From contig QPMI01000453.1 of NCBI GenBank assembly GCA_004431415.1, forward strand, positions 62,001 to 126,000: a stretch of 64,000 nucleotides of DNA, read 5' to 3'. The notes under the pieces were generated by a model. That model saw only the letters and a list, made by a program, of their open reading frames with translations, did not search any database and was not told where the DNA came from. A program made the translations under genes and the position numbers. This stretch comes from Cyanophora paradoxa CCMP329. Lineage: Eukaryota > Plantae > Glaucophyta. Shown one piece after another: positions 36,195-47,600 of this stretch (position 1 is its first letter; each line of letters starts with the position of its first letter).

Positions 36195-37345
36195 CTAGTT
36201 TGCAACACGTGCGTGTACAGACAGCGTCAGGCGCAGCTTGCACTGGCCCAGAGCGACATAGCCAGCACCGGCGAAGCCGGCACACGCGAAAGAAGACACT
36301 AAGACAAAAGGACAGCTAGCTGCGCCGCGACGAGAGGGCGTAGAAGCCTGCTGGCGACACGACAATGGAGGCACGTAGCGAGAACCAGGGCTTGCCATCA
36401 ACGCAGCCAGAGGCGGGCGCTCAGAAGAATCGATGTAGCGACGATACACGTCAGACAAGAGCGACCAGCGGCCAACTGCTTGCACAAGCTCCTCGGGCAC
36501 ACCAGCAGCCGCTAGCGCCGTAGCACCACCGCGACGAAGCCCATGAGGCGTGATCCCCGTCGCATCTAAGCCAGCAGCCTCAAAGGCAAAGCGAAGCACG
36601 TATGCAACGGAGGCGGGCGCGAGGGGCCGCGAAGGTCGGAAGAGTTGACCAAACAGCGGCGCCTCCGGCTCGAGGTCTTGGATGGTGCGCCAATAAGCTC
36701 GAAACCAGCGAACCGGACAGATCACTGACTGCGCGACAGTGCCCAGCACAACTTGAGCGCCTTGGCGAGCGCGATCGGTCTTGGAGCCGACGATGAAGAC
36801 AACGACGCGATCCGCACGGATCTGGATGTCTTGACGACGCAGAGCAACGAGTTCACCACGACGGAGCAAGCCAAAGAAGCCAGTAAGCAACATGACGAAG
36901 GCCCGCAAGAGCTTAGCTGACGGAGCTTTCAGATAAGCACGAGCGATCGCCTCCAAATGCACAGCCGTGACGATCTTGGACTGCTTGGCCGACGACCACA
37001 CAAACGAACAATTCCTTGCAGCGCTTGTTGAACCAGAGGGTGCGCGAACGCCGTTGCAGGCTGTAGGCGCAGGCCAGTCTGATGAACCAATGCAGAGTAG
37101 CATTGCTTGACAGCAGAAACGCTGAACTCCTCGTCCGCCAGCGCAACAAGCATCGTAGCCAGACCAGATGGCTCGGGGGCCAGATGCGGAAGCCATGAAC
37201 CGCACAATGACCTTCGTATAGTTGCACCCAACGATTGTATATGCCACGAGTGCCATCACCGATGGCGTTCTCCCTGTAGTAATGGACACGCTGGAGCAGC
37301 ACATCTGCAGCAAATGCAATGTCAGGCAAGCTGCGTACGAGGACT
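36195..37345 (-). pseudogene. DIRS tyrosine recombinase, interrupted by two apparent 1-nt frameshifts
   Basis: Catalytic motifs GLLRRGE, SKTD, CPV, HGLRRGGAT, GRW and YRRY are in ORF 36195-37319. The N-terminal domain is spread over two other frames, with shifts near 37175 and 36990. Confidence 0.85.
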
Positions 37346-37399
37346 AAGAAGGGGCCCCGGATGCGAAATCGTTATATTTGCAGATGGCTAATTTGTGTG

Positions 37400-39303
37400 C
37401 TACTGCCAGGCTGCGGAAATAGCCACAAGAGACCAAGACGGAAGAACAGGAGAACGAGGGCCTGGCAAGCAGACGGTTGAAGCAGGCCCCAAGTACAACA
37501 CAGGAGCCTGCCTTGCCTGCTCAAGCTGGGGCCACCATGGGGCAGAGGGCCAATCAGGTACGACAAAGACTGCAGCTGCTCTGCACTGTCTAACATGAGA
37601 GACCACATGCAGGATCACATTGGGATCCGGAAACACGTAGTTACGAGCACCAAGCCATGACACAGTGAAGCAATCATGCCCTTCGGCACGGGCATCACGC
37701 AAATCTACAGAGAAATATCGAGAAAGGTGGGCATTGGCAGCTGTGGCCATCCTGTCCACGTCAAAAGGGCCTAAAATGCGGCTGACCATAGCAAAATATA
37801 CCGGCTTAAGGGAGTAGTCTGCTGGAAAAAAGTACCTGCTAAGAGCATCTGACCACTCGTTATCTATGCCTGGAATATGCTCGGCCTCAATGCTAACACA
37901 ACCTATCAAGGCAATGTCCCAAATCTGACGAGCGATCTCCGTCAAATAAGCATGACGACCGCCACCATTGTTGATATAAGCAACTGTCACAGAGTTGTCC
38001 GATCGAACCAAGATGTTCTGATTCTGAAGCACAGACTGATAGTGTTGCATAGCCCGTAGCACAGCTTGCAGCTCCCTCCAAGAAGAGATTCGCTGAGATT
38101 CCTCACTGTTCCACAGGCACTGGAATGGAGGCGGGCCAGGAGCACAGAGCACAGGAGGTACATCACCGATCCGCGTGGTAATCCAAGCTCCAGCACCAAG
38201 ATGACTAGCATCAGTGGTGAGCACAAGTAGCCGCTCAGGACGAATCGGACAGCGCCCGTTGTACTTGTGTATGTTGGCCAGCCACCACTGGAGCTCAGAC
38301 CGAGTCTCATCAGTAATCTGCACAGGATGGTTCCAGTGCCACTCCCGGGCCGCCACATTGATGTAACGGAACAAAGCACGAGTCCGGATGCGAGCTGGAG
38401 CAAGCCCTCGAGCCATGGATACCAAGGTGCCTGCCACCTTTGCCATATCACGGGCAGATGCTGAGTGTTTGCGTAGGAGCTTGCGGATCAGCTGAAGTAG
38501 TCTGCTCAGCTTGTCGCCAGGAACCTCAAACAACATGCGAGCCGAGTCCACAATGAAGCCCAGGAAAGCCACTGACTGAGATGGGGTAAGCGCTGACTTG
38601 CTGTTGACCACCAACTTAAGCCGTTTAAATGTAGCCAGCACAAAGTCTCGCAGCTTACAGGCCTCTAAGAAAGTAGGAGCCGCAAACCACCAATCGTCCA
38701 CATAGTTGACAACAAAGATGCCCAGTTTCCTGAAATAGTTGACCACTTGCCGCATAATTTTGACGAATGCAAAAGGCGAGTGTCGAAGGCCGAAGGGCAA
38801 AACCGTATAGACATAGTACTTGCTGTCAAAAGAGAAGCCCATGTTGCGCCAATCTTGCTCCGCCACTGGCACGTGGTGATAGCCAGACTCTAGGTCAATG
38901 GTGAACATGTACCACCCTTGACGGAGCATTGCCGCCACATGCTCAAGAGTCTCAAATCGAAATTTCCGATCTGGTAGACCTTGATTGGTGGGTCGACCGT
39001 CCCAGATCAAACGAAGTTTGGAGCCGGTCTTCTTCGGGACCACGGACAAGGAGCACACAATGTTCACCTCGTGCTGTTGGACTTCACGAATGGCCCCGGT
39101 GCGCAAGAGTTTCTGAATTTCCGTCCGCACAAAATCCCTGTGATCCTCGGCTGCAGACTTATGATTACGCCGATGCTCCGGTGGCAGATTGCGGGCCCCA
39201 GTCAGCGGGAAACCGTCACGTATCCATGACAACACCACATAGTTGGCACCAATCTCCTTCCACTGGGACCAGGCCTCACGGATGCAGGACGCCACAAAAG
39301 AAC
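37400..39303 (-). CDS. DIRS pol: reverse transcriptase, RNase H and methyltransferase-like domain
   Basis: Uninterrupted 631-aa ORF: VPKK..KLRLIWD, IDLESGYHH, LPFGL, YVDD, FLG. RNase H TDAS/RELQA/SDN/NEWSDALSR. C-terminal DRMAT...SW...YVFP...VVPDWPSAPWWP. Confidence 0.95.
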
Positions 39304-39487
39304 CTGGTGGCTAAAAGTCACAAGCGCACGGGAAGTGGGCTTGAGGCCTTAAATTGTCGCCACATCTTATCAACGACACGAGCTGACAGGCTGAGCTGCA
39401 GTTGAGTCTGGCTCAAGCTGCAGCTGGAGCTGAGTTGGAGCTGGAGCTGGTACGCTGGAGGGCGGCTGTGACACGCGAACGTGAGGA

Positions 39488-39677
39488 ATCTTCACTGCTT
39501 CGCGCGAAAGAAGACTGAAGGTTGTACCCCTAACAATCATTGTATAGAATCAAGGCTGCTTACGGAGTGGCAGGCATACAAAGTCATATGCTACGCGTTC
39601 GCTCGCATATTCAGTAGTATGCCTGCCACAAGCAGCCCTGCTTCTAAGCACTTCTAAGCCAAGGCTGATCATGAAGT
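39488..39677. repeat. Internal junction of repeats A (39488-39616) and B (39617-39677), mimicking the circle junction
   Basis: The A copy is identical over 129 bp to 41583-41711 and directly abuts the B copy. Confidence 0.92.
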
Positions 39678-40447
39678 TTTTAATAGTGAGCGTGTCACAG
39701 GTACGAATTTGTCACAACACCTGACGTTCACCTCCACGGTGGATGCGCGAAGTTCTTGAATGAAGGCACATCACAGCATGCACAGCACACACATATGGAC
39801 TCATGCAAGTACACAACTTGTTCTCTTGAATGCTTCAAAACTTGTCCAGCATGCACACCTCTGGATGAATGCGCCAACCTGCGGAACAGAATAGAAAATT
39901 GGGAGACACACCTGGATACCAAGAGATGATTTCCTCCACACCTGCGATACCAAATGATTAGATCTGAGCACCCAGCGCGCGATAGCGACACACGAGATGG
40001 CCGTTGCTGGCCAGGAACTCGGCAACTCGACCGCAGCCTGATGTGACCTGGGACGAGAAGAGGTCAGGCTGTTGGGGATTGGCTGGGGCTCGCACCAGGT
40101 TGGAGTCATCCAGGTGGCACTTATGGCCCACAAAGTTGTGATGCTCAAAGCTTATGCAAAATTCGTAGTTACAAGGCCTTGTAGACTATGGCAAATTTGA
40201 AACGATCACAAGGTCATGCACATTGCAATTGCCAAGCTAGTGTTCACCACAGACCCATTACCACAAATGCAATGCAAGCTCAAACACACATAAGAAAGCC
40301 CAGATTTATTCCTTCATGGCACACACACAGCACAGCACAGCTACGAGCACATGCACATGCCAAGTCTGGGGCCACACGAAAACGAAAAAAAAAACCTAGC
40401 ACTCTATAGCTACAGCTGCGCCCGAAAGGCTGGGCACAGGAAGCCGC

Positions 40448-41635
40448 CTACTTCTTCTCCCGCCAATCCGGGCGCGGCGGGTTGGTGCAATCCTTCACAT
40501 GGTGGCCGTGCTGGTTGCACCTAAAGCAAGCGCCGCCGTTCCGCTGGGCGGTGGGCGCCTGCTCGCGTTCGACGCGCTGCCGCTGCGGGGGCCGATAGCT
40601 AGACGGCTGGCGCTCAGCTGGTGCATACGAATTACCGGCGCCGACGCCAGCCACACGAAGCGCGTACGCCATCGACGCGGTCTGCGCGCGGTGCTCCTCC
40701 GGCACAGCTGCGAGCGCCTCGGCTGTCTTATCGCCGCCTTTGTCGCGGATATCTATCTTCTTCTTAAGCTCCTCGAGCTGCTTCAAAGACGCTTTGAGGG
40801 TTGCTGCACAGGCGACACACGAGAGGAGCCCCTTGAGCTGGAAACGCAGCTGTATCAGCTGGAACGCAAACTCCCGAAGCCAGGTATTCTTAAGCTGCAT
40901 TGCTTCATGCTGTTCGCGCTGCTGCTCCTGAGCGATTTGATGCTGGTGCTCACGGATGGACTCTACCCCTCGGTCTATGCCTTGCTGAATCTGCTTCTTA
41001 ATGTACTCATTAAGCTCACCGGCAGGGGCTGTTGTGGCGTTGACGACGGGAACCGGGCCGCGGCGGTGCCGAGTGTGCCGGCTGGGTCCTGGCTGGTCGG
41101 GAACCGGCACCTCGAGATTCGGGAACATCTGTGCGGCAAGAGCTTCCTCTCGTGTGGCTGCACCGCCGAACTGCTCACGACGCTGCACGCCGGCAATCAC
41201 ATCCTCCTCGTCCTCGGAAAATGGCTCTGGATCCGGAACGCCGTCACTGGTGCGGTTTTCGACTGCTGGGGCGGCTGGCGCCTTGCGCTTGTTGCTGGTT
41301 GACTGACGGCCACTTGGCGTTGGAGTAGGCGCCGAACCGTTGTCCTCGCCGCCGGAGTCCGCCGCCTCGGTCACACGCGTGGAACGGCGAGCTCGTGGCT
41401 GGGCGGATGCGGTCGGCCGCGGACGGGCTGTCTTGCGGGAGCCCGTTGCGGAAGACTTGCCCTTCTTGTTCGACCCCGCCTCCGCGCAGGCCGCCAAGAG
41501 GCTGAAAACGACGACGACGAGAACAAGTGTGACCACCAGAGGGGCCCAGCTAGGGCCCCTCCCACGACGAGCCACGCGACACATCTTCACTGCTTCGCGC
41601 GAAAGAAGACTGAAGGTTGTACCCCTAACAATCAT
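40448..41635 (-). CDS. Gag-like ORF1 with an N-terminal hydrophobic segment, coiled coil and CCHC zinc knuckle
   Basis: 395-aa ORF (alternative ATG at 41584). CFRCNQHGHHVKDC near the C-terminus. It occupies the 5' position in the element. Confidence 0.85.
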   Translation of the reverse strand: MIVRGTTFSLLSREAVKMCRVARRGRGPSWAPLVVTLVLVVVVFSLLAACAEAGSNKKGKSSATGSRKTARPRPTASAQPRARRSTRVTEAADSGGEDNGSAPTPTPSGRQSTSNKRKAPAAPAVENRTSDGVPDPEPFSEDEEDVIAGVQRREQFGGAATREEALAAQMFPNLEVPVPDQPGPSRHTRHRRGPVPVVNATTAPAGELNEYIKKQIQQGIDRGVESIREHQHQIAQEQQREQHEAMQLKNTWLREFAFQLIQLRFQLKGLLSCVACAATLKASLKQLEELKKKIDIRDKGGDKTAEALAAVPEEHRAQTASMAYALRVAGVGAGNSYAPAERQPSSYRPPQRQRVEREQAPTAQRNGGACFRCNQHGHHVKDCTNPPRPDWREKK

Positions 41636-41711
41636 TGTATAGAATCAAGGCTGCTTACGGAGTGGCAGGCATACAAAGTCATATGCTACGCGTTCGCTCG
41701 CATATTCAGTA
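41583..41711. repeat. Repeat A, terminal copy (129 bp)
   Basis: atcttcactgc...catattcagta is identical to 39488-39616. Confidence 0.92.
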
Positions 41712-42097
41712 TTATAGGACTACAGCCGAGGACCCAGGGGCGATCGCGACCGATCGCGAGCAGCGCTCTCAGCTTCAGTACTAGTTTGCAACACGATTCT
41801 CGGCATGCGCCGCATACTGGGTAATAATGACTGGGGGAAGGGGGCGGGGGTAGGAATCATAACAGATCTTAGCACGGATCTGAATTAACGACGGGGCGGG
41901 CCGTCAGATCTAGACGGGACCCGATCCGACGGGGGCAACGACTGTCCGGGGAAATCAAGGCCAAGGCAACGAGGAAGGAAGCTTCGAGCCCTAGCCTCCC
42001 AGAAAAGAAAGAATCAAAATCAAAACAACTTCCGAGGCGGCAAGCAAGGCGCTGAAGATAAAGACTCAGGCTACGGCTGCAGCTGCTGTATTCTGTT

Positions 42098-44412
42098 CTA
42101 TTCTATGCGTAGCTCCTTCTGGAAGCTGAGGAGCTGCCGCAGGAAGCCGCGGTTCGGCACGACGCTCGGCCGCCGCTGCAGAACTGCGAACGATGCCGTA
42201 CGCATACCAAGGTTAGCGGTATGATCAGCTTCGCGGATTAGCTTCTAGCTCAGTTGGTTAAATAGTTGAAGCTTCTAGCTAGCTAGTTAGTTAATCGTTA
42301 ATTGGTTGGTTATGCTTTAGTTAAGCTTAGCTTCTAGCCCAGTTAAATAATACTTCGTTCGCTCGCGCGCACCGTACTGGAGGGCCTGCTGGGCGGTGAG
42401 CTTCCGGACGCGCATGAGGTACGCCGCGACGATTGCCGCCGCGCGCGAGCGGCCTCCCCTGCGGGGGTAGGGGGGGTAAGTAAGTAAGCGAGAGCTCTAG
42501 GGGCGGTGAGCGAGAGGCGAAAGAGCGCTAGCTCGGTCCAGGGGGGCCCCCGCCGACGAAAAGATTAGGAAAGCCCCCGGCGAGGCGTGGCGGCCCTCGG
42601 CCCTCGGTCCCCGCCCCTCACGCTTGGGCCTCCGACTATCCAGAGGCATCCACCCCGGCCCCGGCCCGGGGGCGGAGAGCTTCATCTGAGTCCGAGGCGC
42701 GCGGACCTGCAGAAGACGAGCACGCGGCTCTCGGACACGTACGCCGCGTCGATGAAGTCTGGGCGCGAGGAGGGAGGCGCGGTCAGACTCAGCTGAGCCT
42801 GAGCTTAGGAGGCGCTCTTATCCTAAGCCTTGAGCTGAGGCTAAAGCTGAGGCTAGAGCTCGATCTGGGGAAGGGGGGGGGGGGAGGGGGGAGGGAGGGG
42901 GGGGCGAACCAAACGCCTGGGGCATGACGGCCCGCAAGTTGAAGCTGTCCGTGTCCATGATCTCCAGCGCCAGGTAGCTGTACCCTGGTGGGGAAAAAGT
43001 CGGATTCAAATTCAAATTCAAAAATTTAAATCTTCAAAGAGAGAAAGGCGTACCCTGCCGCTCGTAGGCCTGCCGGTCCGTGACGGTGTCCAGCGGGGCG
43101 CAGTTGAGGATGAAGCCGATGTCTGCGAACGAAGCAGCCCCGGGGCGGGGCGGGGCGGCAGACAGAGTCAGTCAACGAAGCAGCCCCGGGGCGGGGCGGG
43201 GCGGGGCGGGGCGGGGCGGGGCGGGGCTGCAGCTGCAGAGCCAGGCTGGGAGCGGGGAGCGTCGGAGGCTGAGCTAGGGCTTTTAGCTAAGGGGGGGGTA
43301 AGCAAGCTCAAGCAGGAGTAAGCTGAAGCTGAAGCGGGGGCGCGGGGCGCGGCGGAGGCTAAGAGCGAGAGCTAACTAAAGCTCGAGCAGAAGTAAGACT
43401 AAAGAGTACAGAAGGAAACTGAAGGCGCGGGGCGGGGCGGGGCGGGGGGTACCGGTGCGGCGGAGGGCGGCCATGTCCCGCGCGTCGGAGTCCGATCCGA
43501 GGAAGAGGAAGTTTCCGAGGATGGACGTCACGCCTGAAGCCGGGGTACGCGTAGTAAACCAAAGGGGAGGCTAAAGCGGGGCGAAGCTTTTATGGCCGAA
43601 GGTGTGTATGAACAGACGCGGGCGGGGTCGTACCGTCGGCCCGCGACGTGCGCGAGCCTCCGCCGGCCGCGCAGAGCTCCGCAAGCACGTCGACGTCTGC
43701 GCGGGGGCGAGGCGGGGCGGGGCGCGCGGATCAAATGTGGGATCGAATCCGCGCCGGGGACGCGGTCGCGGGCGGCGCCCGTTGCGGGCTGGGTTCGGCT
43801 CACCGCCCTCCTGAAGAACGCGAGCGCGAGAGAGAGTGAGCCGGCGGCGGCGGCGGGCGGGCGGGGTCGGGGCGGGCGGGCGGGCGGGCGGGCGGGCGAG
43901 ATCGAGGCACCTCGATCGGCTGCCTTGCGGGGTTCCTGCGGCGGCCGGCCGAGCGTGAGGCGGGGCGCGCGGTCGGATGGGGTGCGCCGCCACTCGCGCA
44001 CTGAGGGAGCGGCTCGGGTGCTTTGTTCATCGCCCACGGGAAGCACGATGCCGCGCGCTCGCTGAGGCGGGACCAGCACGTCTTGGACTGCGCAGGCGCC
44101 GGTGAGATCGCGATGTGTGCTTGCAGAACTCGCGTGCAAGCGGACCTTGAGCTGATCCATTACGTCGCTCTCGCCGCTCGGCGACGCCGCCTGCGACTGG
44201 TTCTGCCGACCCGAGTCGGGTGGCGGCGAGTCTGCGGGTGTCCGTTCTGCGCTGCTTGCGACACCGTTCGCATCTTCTGGCGCCGGAGCCGCTAGCTTAG
44301 CGCCGAGATTCAGCTTGGGCACGCCGGGCGCTGCAGGTGCTGTGGCGGGTGCGGGTTTCGTCTGGTTCTTCTCTGCGGCCGGCCCGGACCAGTCGTGCTG
44401 TTGCGAGAGCAT
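42098..44412 (-). CDS. Dual-specificity protein phosphatase (atypical DSP/MKP-like)
   Basis: ILGNFLFLGS, FILNCA, DFIDAA...VLVFC|RGGRSRAAAIVAAYLM, RRPSVVPNRGFLRQL. The CX5R active site is split by an intron. Confidence 0.9.
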
Positions 44413-44694
44413 CGCGACGGTCCACGCCGATCGCTCTCGCGCGTGAACCGCCGTAGTCCCGCTCGCGTGGTTCGAAACGTGTAGGGCACCGGGAGGCGCG
44501 CTTCCGCAACGCAGAGCCGGCAGAGTACGACGGATGACGACTACGGCTTCCTCGCGAGATCCAGCCGAGGCGACGAAGCGACCAAGCGCGCTGATTAAGT
44601 GTACCCCAATCGCGGCCGACTTGTCGCTGGAGTCGAAAGCTGGACCTCCGCGGGAGCTGGGAGAGGGCGATGACAGCGCGTCGTTGACGGCGGG

Positions 44695-47600
44695 ATGGGA
44701 GCGGGGGCGTCCCAGCCGCAGCCGGAGGGTGCGCAGTGGTTGCTTAGCTAACCGGGTTGCCGTCCTGCCCATGACGCCGTGGCCTGCTCTTGCGCAGCCC
44801 CGGTGGCCCAGGCGCTGCGGAGGAGCGCGCTGCCGCGGCAGCAGTCGCTCTTCTCCATCCCGGTCCCGCCCCAGGCCTTTGGCGACCAGCCCGAGGCGCC
44901 CACGGACGAGGAGATGAGGCTGCAGCGCAAGAGGGAGGTCGCGCGGCGATGGCGCCTCGCCGCCAAGGCCGTCCGGTTCGCCCGCTGACGGCCGCGCTGC
45001 CCCGCCCACACGCCCGCCCCGCGGTGCGTCACGCTGCGACGCAGGATGCGGCAGAGGCTGGAGGAAGTGGGGAAGGAAGAAGGCGCACGCCTGGCCGAGC
45101 TGGCGAGGAGCCACTCGCTCGCGCGCATTCTGAAGGCGCCGCAGCACAAGCCCAGCGTCAAGCTCATGCTCCAGGACTTGAAATTCAAACCCAAGCGCGC
45201 GGTAGCCCTCCAGGACCTCCTCGAAGCCTCCGACTCGCGTGCGGCGCCCCCCCCCCCCCCCCCCGCCCCCCCCGCCCCCCCCGCCCCCACCCCTTCCTCT
45301 CTACACCCACGCCCCACTCCGTACCCCCTTGACTTCGCTTGCTCCTCGCCCCGTCCGTAGCCGAGCAGCGCATGAAGATCGCGGAGCTTGGCGGCATACC
45401 CCTCCTCGCCCGCCTCGGAAGGGTGCGCCGCCGCCCCCCCCGCCCTTCCCCGGGGTACGCCCACTGACGCGGCGGGGTACGCGCACGCGCAGGACCCCGA
45501 GATCGGGCGCTCGCGGGCCGTCGTGCTGGCCCTCCTGCGCAACCTCACCCGCGACTCCGGTACCCCTCCACCCCCGCCCCCCCCCCTCCGATCCGGTACC
45601 CCTTGACCCCTCCCCCCCGATCCCCCGCAGCGCTGCTGGCGCAGAAGGCGGTGGTGGACGCGATCCGCATCGGCGAGATGATGGCCCTCGTCGAGCGCCG
45701 CGAGGTGAGAAGGAAAGAGAGAAATTCTAGAAAGCGTCTAATAGAAACCGTAGAAGCCGTCCTAGAGAGAAACCGTAGTATCCATCATAGAAAGCTCCAG
45801 CTGCGCTCAAGCACGGAGATGATGGCCCTCGTCGAGCGCCGCGAGGTGAGAGACCCTGACAGCCGTCTTAGAAAGCCCCAGCCCGGCTCCAGCCTAGCTG
45901 CAGCCGCCGCGCTGCGACCCCCTTACTCACTCATCCCATCCCGTCAAAGAAGGGAGCGGAGGGAGGCCTCTAGCTAGCTAGCGCTGTGCGCGCCTAGCCT
46001 AGCCTAGCCTAACCTAGCCCAGCTTCTCGCCTCCTGCGCCTCACTCTCCCCCCGCCCCTTCCTCACCGCCGCTTAGGACGGTGACCTGGATGAGTTCACC
46101 GCGGCATTCCAGGTGAGACTAAGGCGGACAGAAAGACAGAGGGCCCAGGGCAGCTCGGGCCGGGCGCGCCTGAGGCGGCGGTGAGACTTAAGGCGGACGG
46201 ACAGACAGGGGGCCCGGGGCAGCTCGGGCCGGGCGCGCCTGAGGCTGAGGCGGCGGCGCTCGCTCGGGCGCCGAGCGGGCGGGCGGGCGGCGCCGAACCT
46301 CACCTGAGCCTGACCTGACCTGACCTGACCTGAGCAGGTGGTTCTGAACCTGACAGCCCTGGACGCCATCGTCAAGCGCTACGTCGCCGAGGGGTACCAC
46401 AACGGTGAGGAGGAAGGGGAGGGGTACGGGGTCGATTGACTCAGTCGGTCCGCGCAGTGCTGTACGAGCACCTGTCGAACCCGTTCATCCAGAACCAGGT
46501 GCCCTGGCTCAGATCCGATCCGATCTGAGCTTTGAATGTGATCTGAGCCGGTCTGACCCGGGCCCGCCCCCCTCCCGGAGCAGTACCGGGAGACTCCGGC
46601 CGCGGTCCTCACGAACCTCTGCCGCGTACGCCCCGCCCCTTCCCCCCCCCTCCCCTACCCCCCTACCCCCGCCCCGCCCGGCAGCCAGCGCCTGCCCCTC
46701 CCCGATCGTGGCCGCTCATGAGGCGGGCCAGCTAGTCCCTCCCCCCCCCCCCCCCCCCACCCCACCCACCCCACCCCGCGTACGCCCCTCGAGACTAGCC
46801 TCGCCCCCGGTCCTCCTCACACTTCGTTCTCAAATCGATGTCATCTGAGACTCTCGTCTGAGCTTATTTCCTCCCCCCTCCCCTGCAGGTGGAGGCCGTC
46901 CACAAGTTCCTCAACGAGAAGGGGGAGCTCCCCAAGTGCCCCCTACCCCCCCACCTCAACTACTCCCCCCCGCCTCCCTGTTGACGCGTACCCCCATGCA
47001 CGCAGGTTCGTGCGGCAGCTGCTGACGCATCCGAGCGCGCGGATCCGCCTCAGCGGCGCCCGATGCGCCTTTCACCTCTCCAAGAACTGTGCGCGCGTAC
47101 CCCTCCCTCCCAAAACGGCGGGGAAGTAAGTTAGCTAGAGCTAGACGACGGGACACAACAACAAAGCCAAGACATCCTCAGAAGCACACTCCGCTCACTG
47201 CGCCGAAAGCTGACCGTCGCTTTCGGCGCAGTCCACATGGTGCAGGCACTCTTCAAGGTACCCTTGCTCGCCCTCATCCCCCTTATTTTTAGGCGCGCGT
47301 GCTGAGAGCTATTATATTATGGATTAGGCGCGGGTGCTGGAGGTACTCATCCCCGTCGCCGTGCCGCCGGCCGCGGAGGGGGAGGAGACCGGCGGCGTCG
47401 CGGCGGCCGCCCCGGCGGGCAAGGCCGACGGCGGCGGCGGCGAAGGCGGGAGCGGGAGCTCCCCCGACGCTCAGGTGAGCGATCGCGGGCGATCCTTTAA
47501 TCGTTCTAAGAACCTGATTGCTTAAATAAGCTCTAGCCCGAGCTGGCGGCCGGGGGGGGCGCCCCGCTTAGATCTCGATGCCCACTGGGCCCGAGCCCAC

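Larger units (their letters stand above)
35843..41711 (-). mobile_element. DIRS-order tyrosine-recombinase retrotransposon with split direct repeats (A-gag-B-A-pol-YR-B)
   Basis: Contains gag (CCHC), RT-RNaseH-MT and YR coding regions. GC content is lower than the host and the host-type G/C-tract introns are absent. The terminal repeats A and B recur joined together at 39488-39677. Confidence 0.93.

Noticed and set aside
39488-39677. Possible hammerhead ribozyme in the DIRS repeats
   Set aside because: Only near-matches to CUGANGA (ctgaagg, ctgatca) are present, without a correctly placed GAAA and stems.
39728-40409. Short ORFs between gag and repeat B
   Set aside because: No motif or convincing start. 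Treated as noncoding 3' region, though a small accessory gene cannot be excluded.
40499-41302. 267-aa plus-strand ORF inside the retrotransposon
   Set aside because: It is antisense to gag with no recognisable motif, and is explained as a codon-bias shadow.
43528-45147. 539-aa minus-strand ORF
   Set aside because: It strings together the antisense of the ARM gene, the promoter, the first DSP exon and introns. GC-rich DNA has few stop codons.
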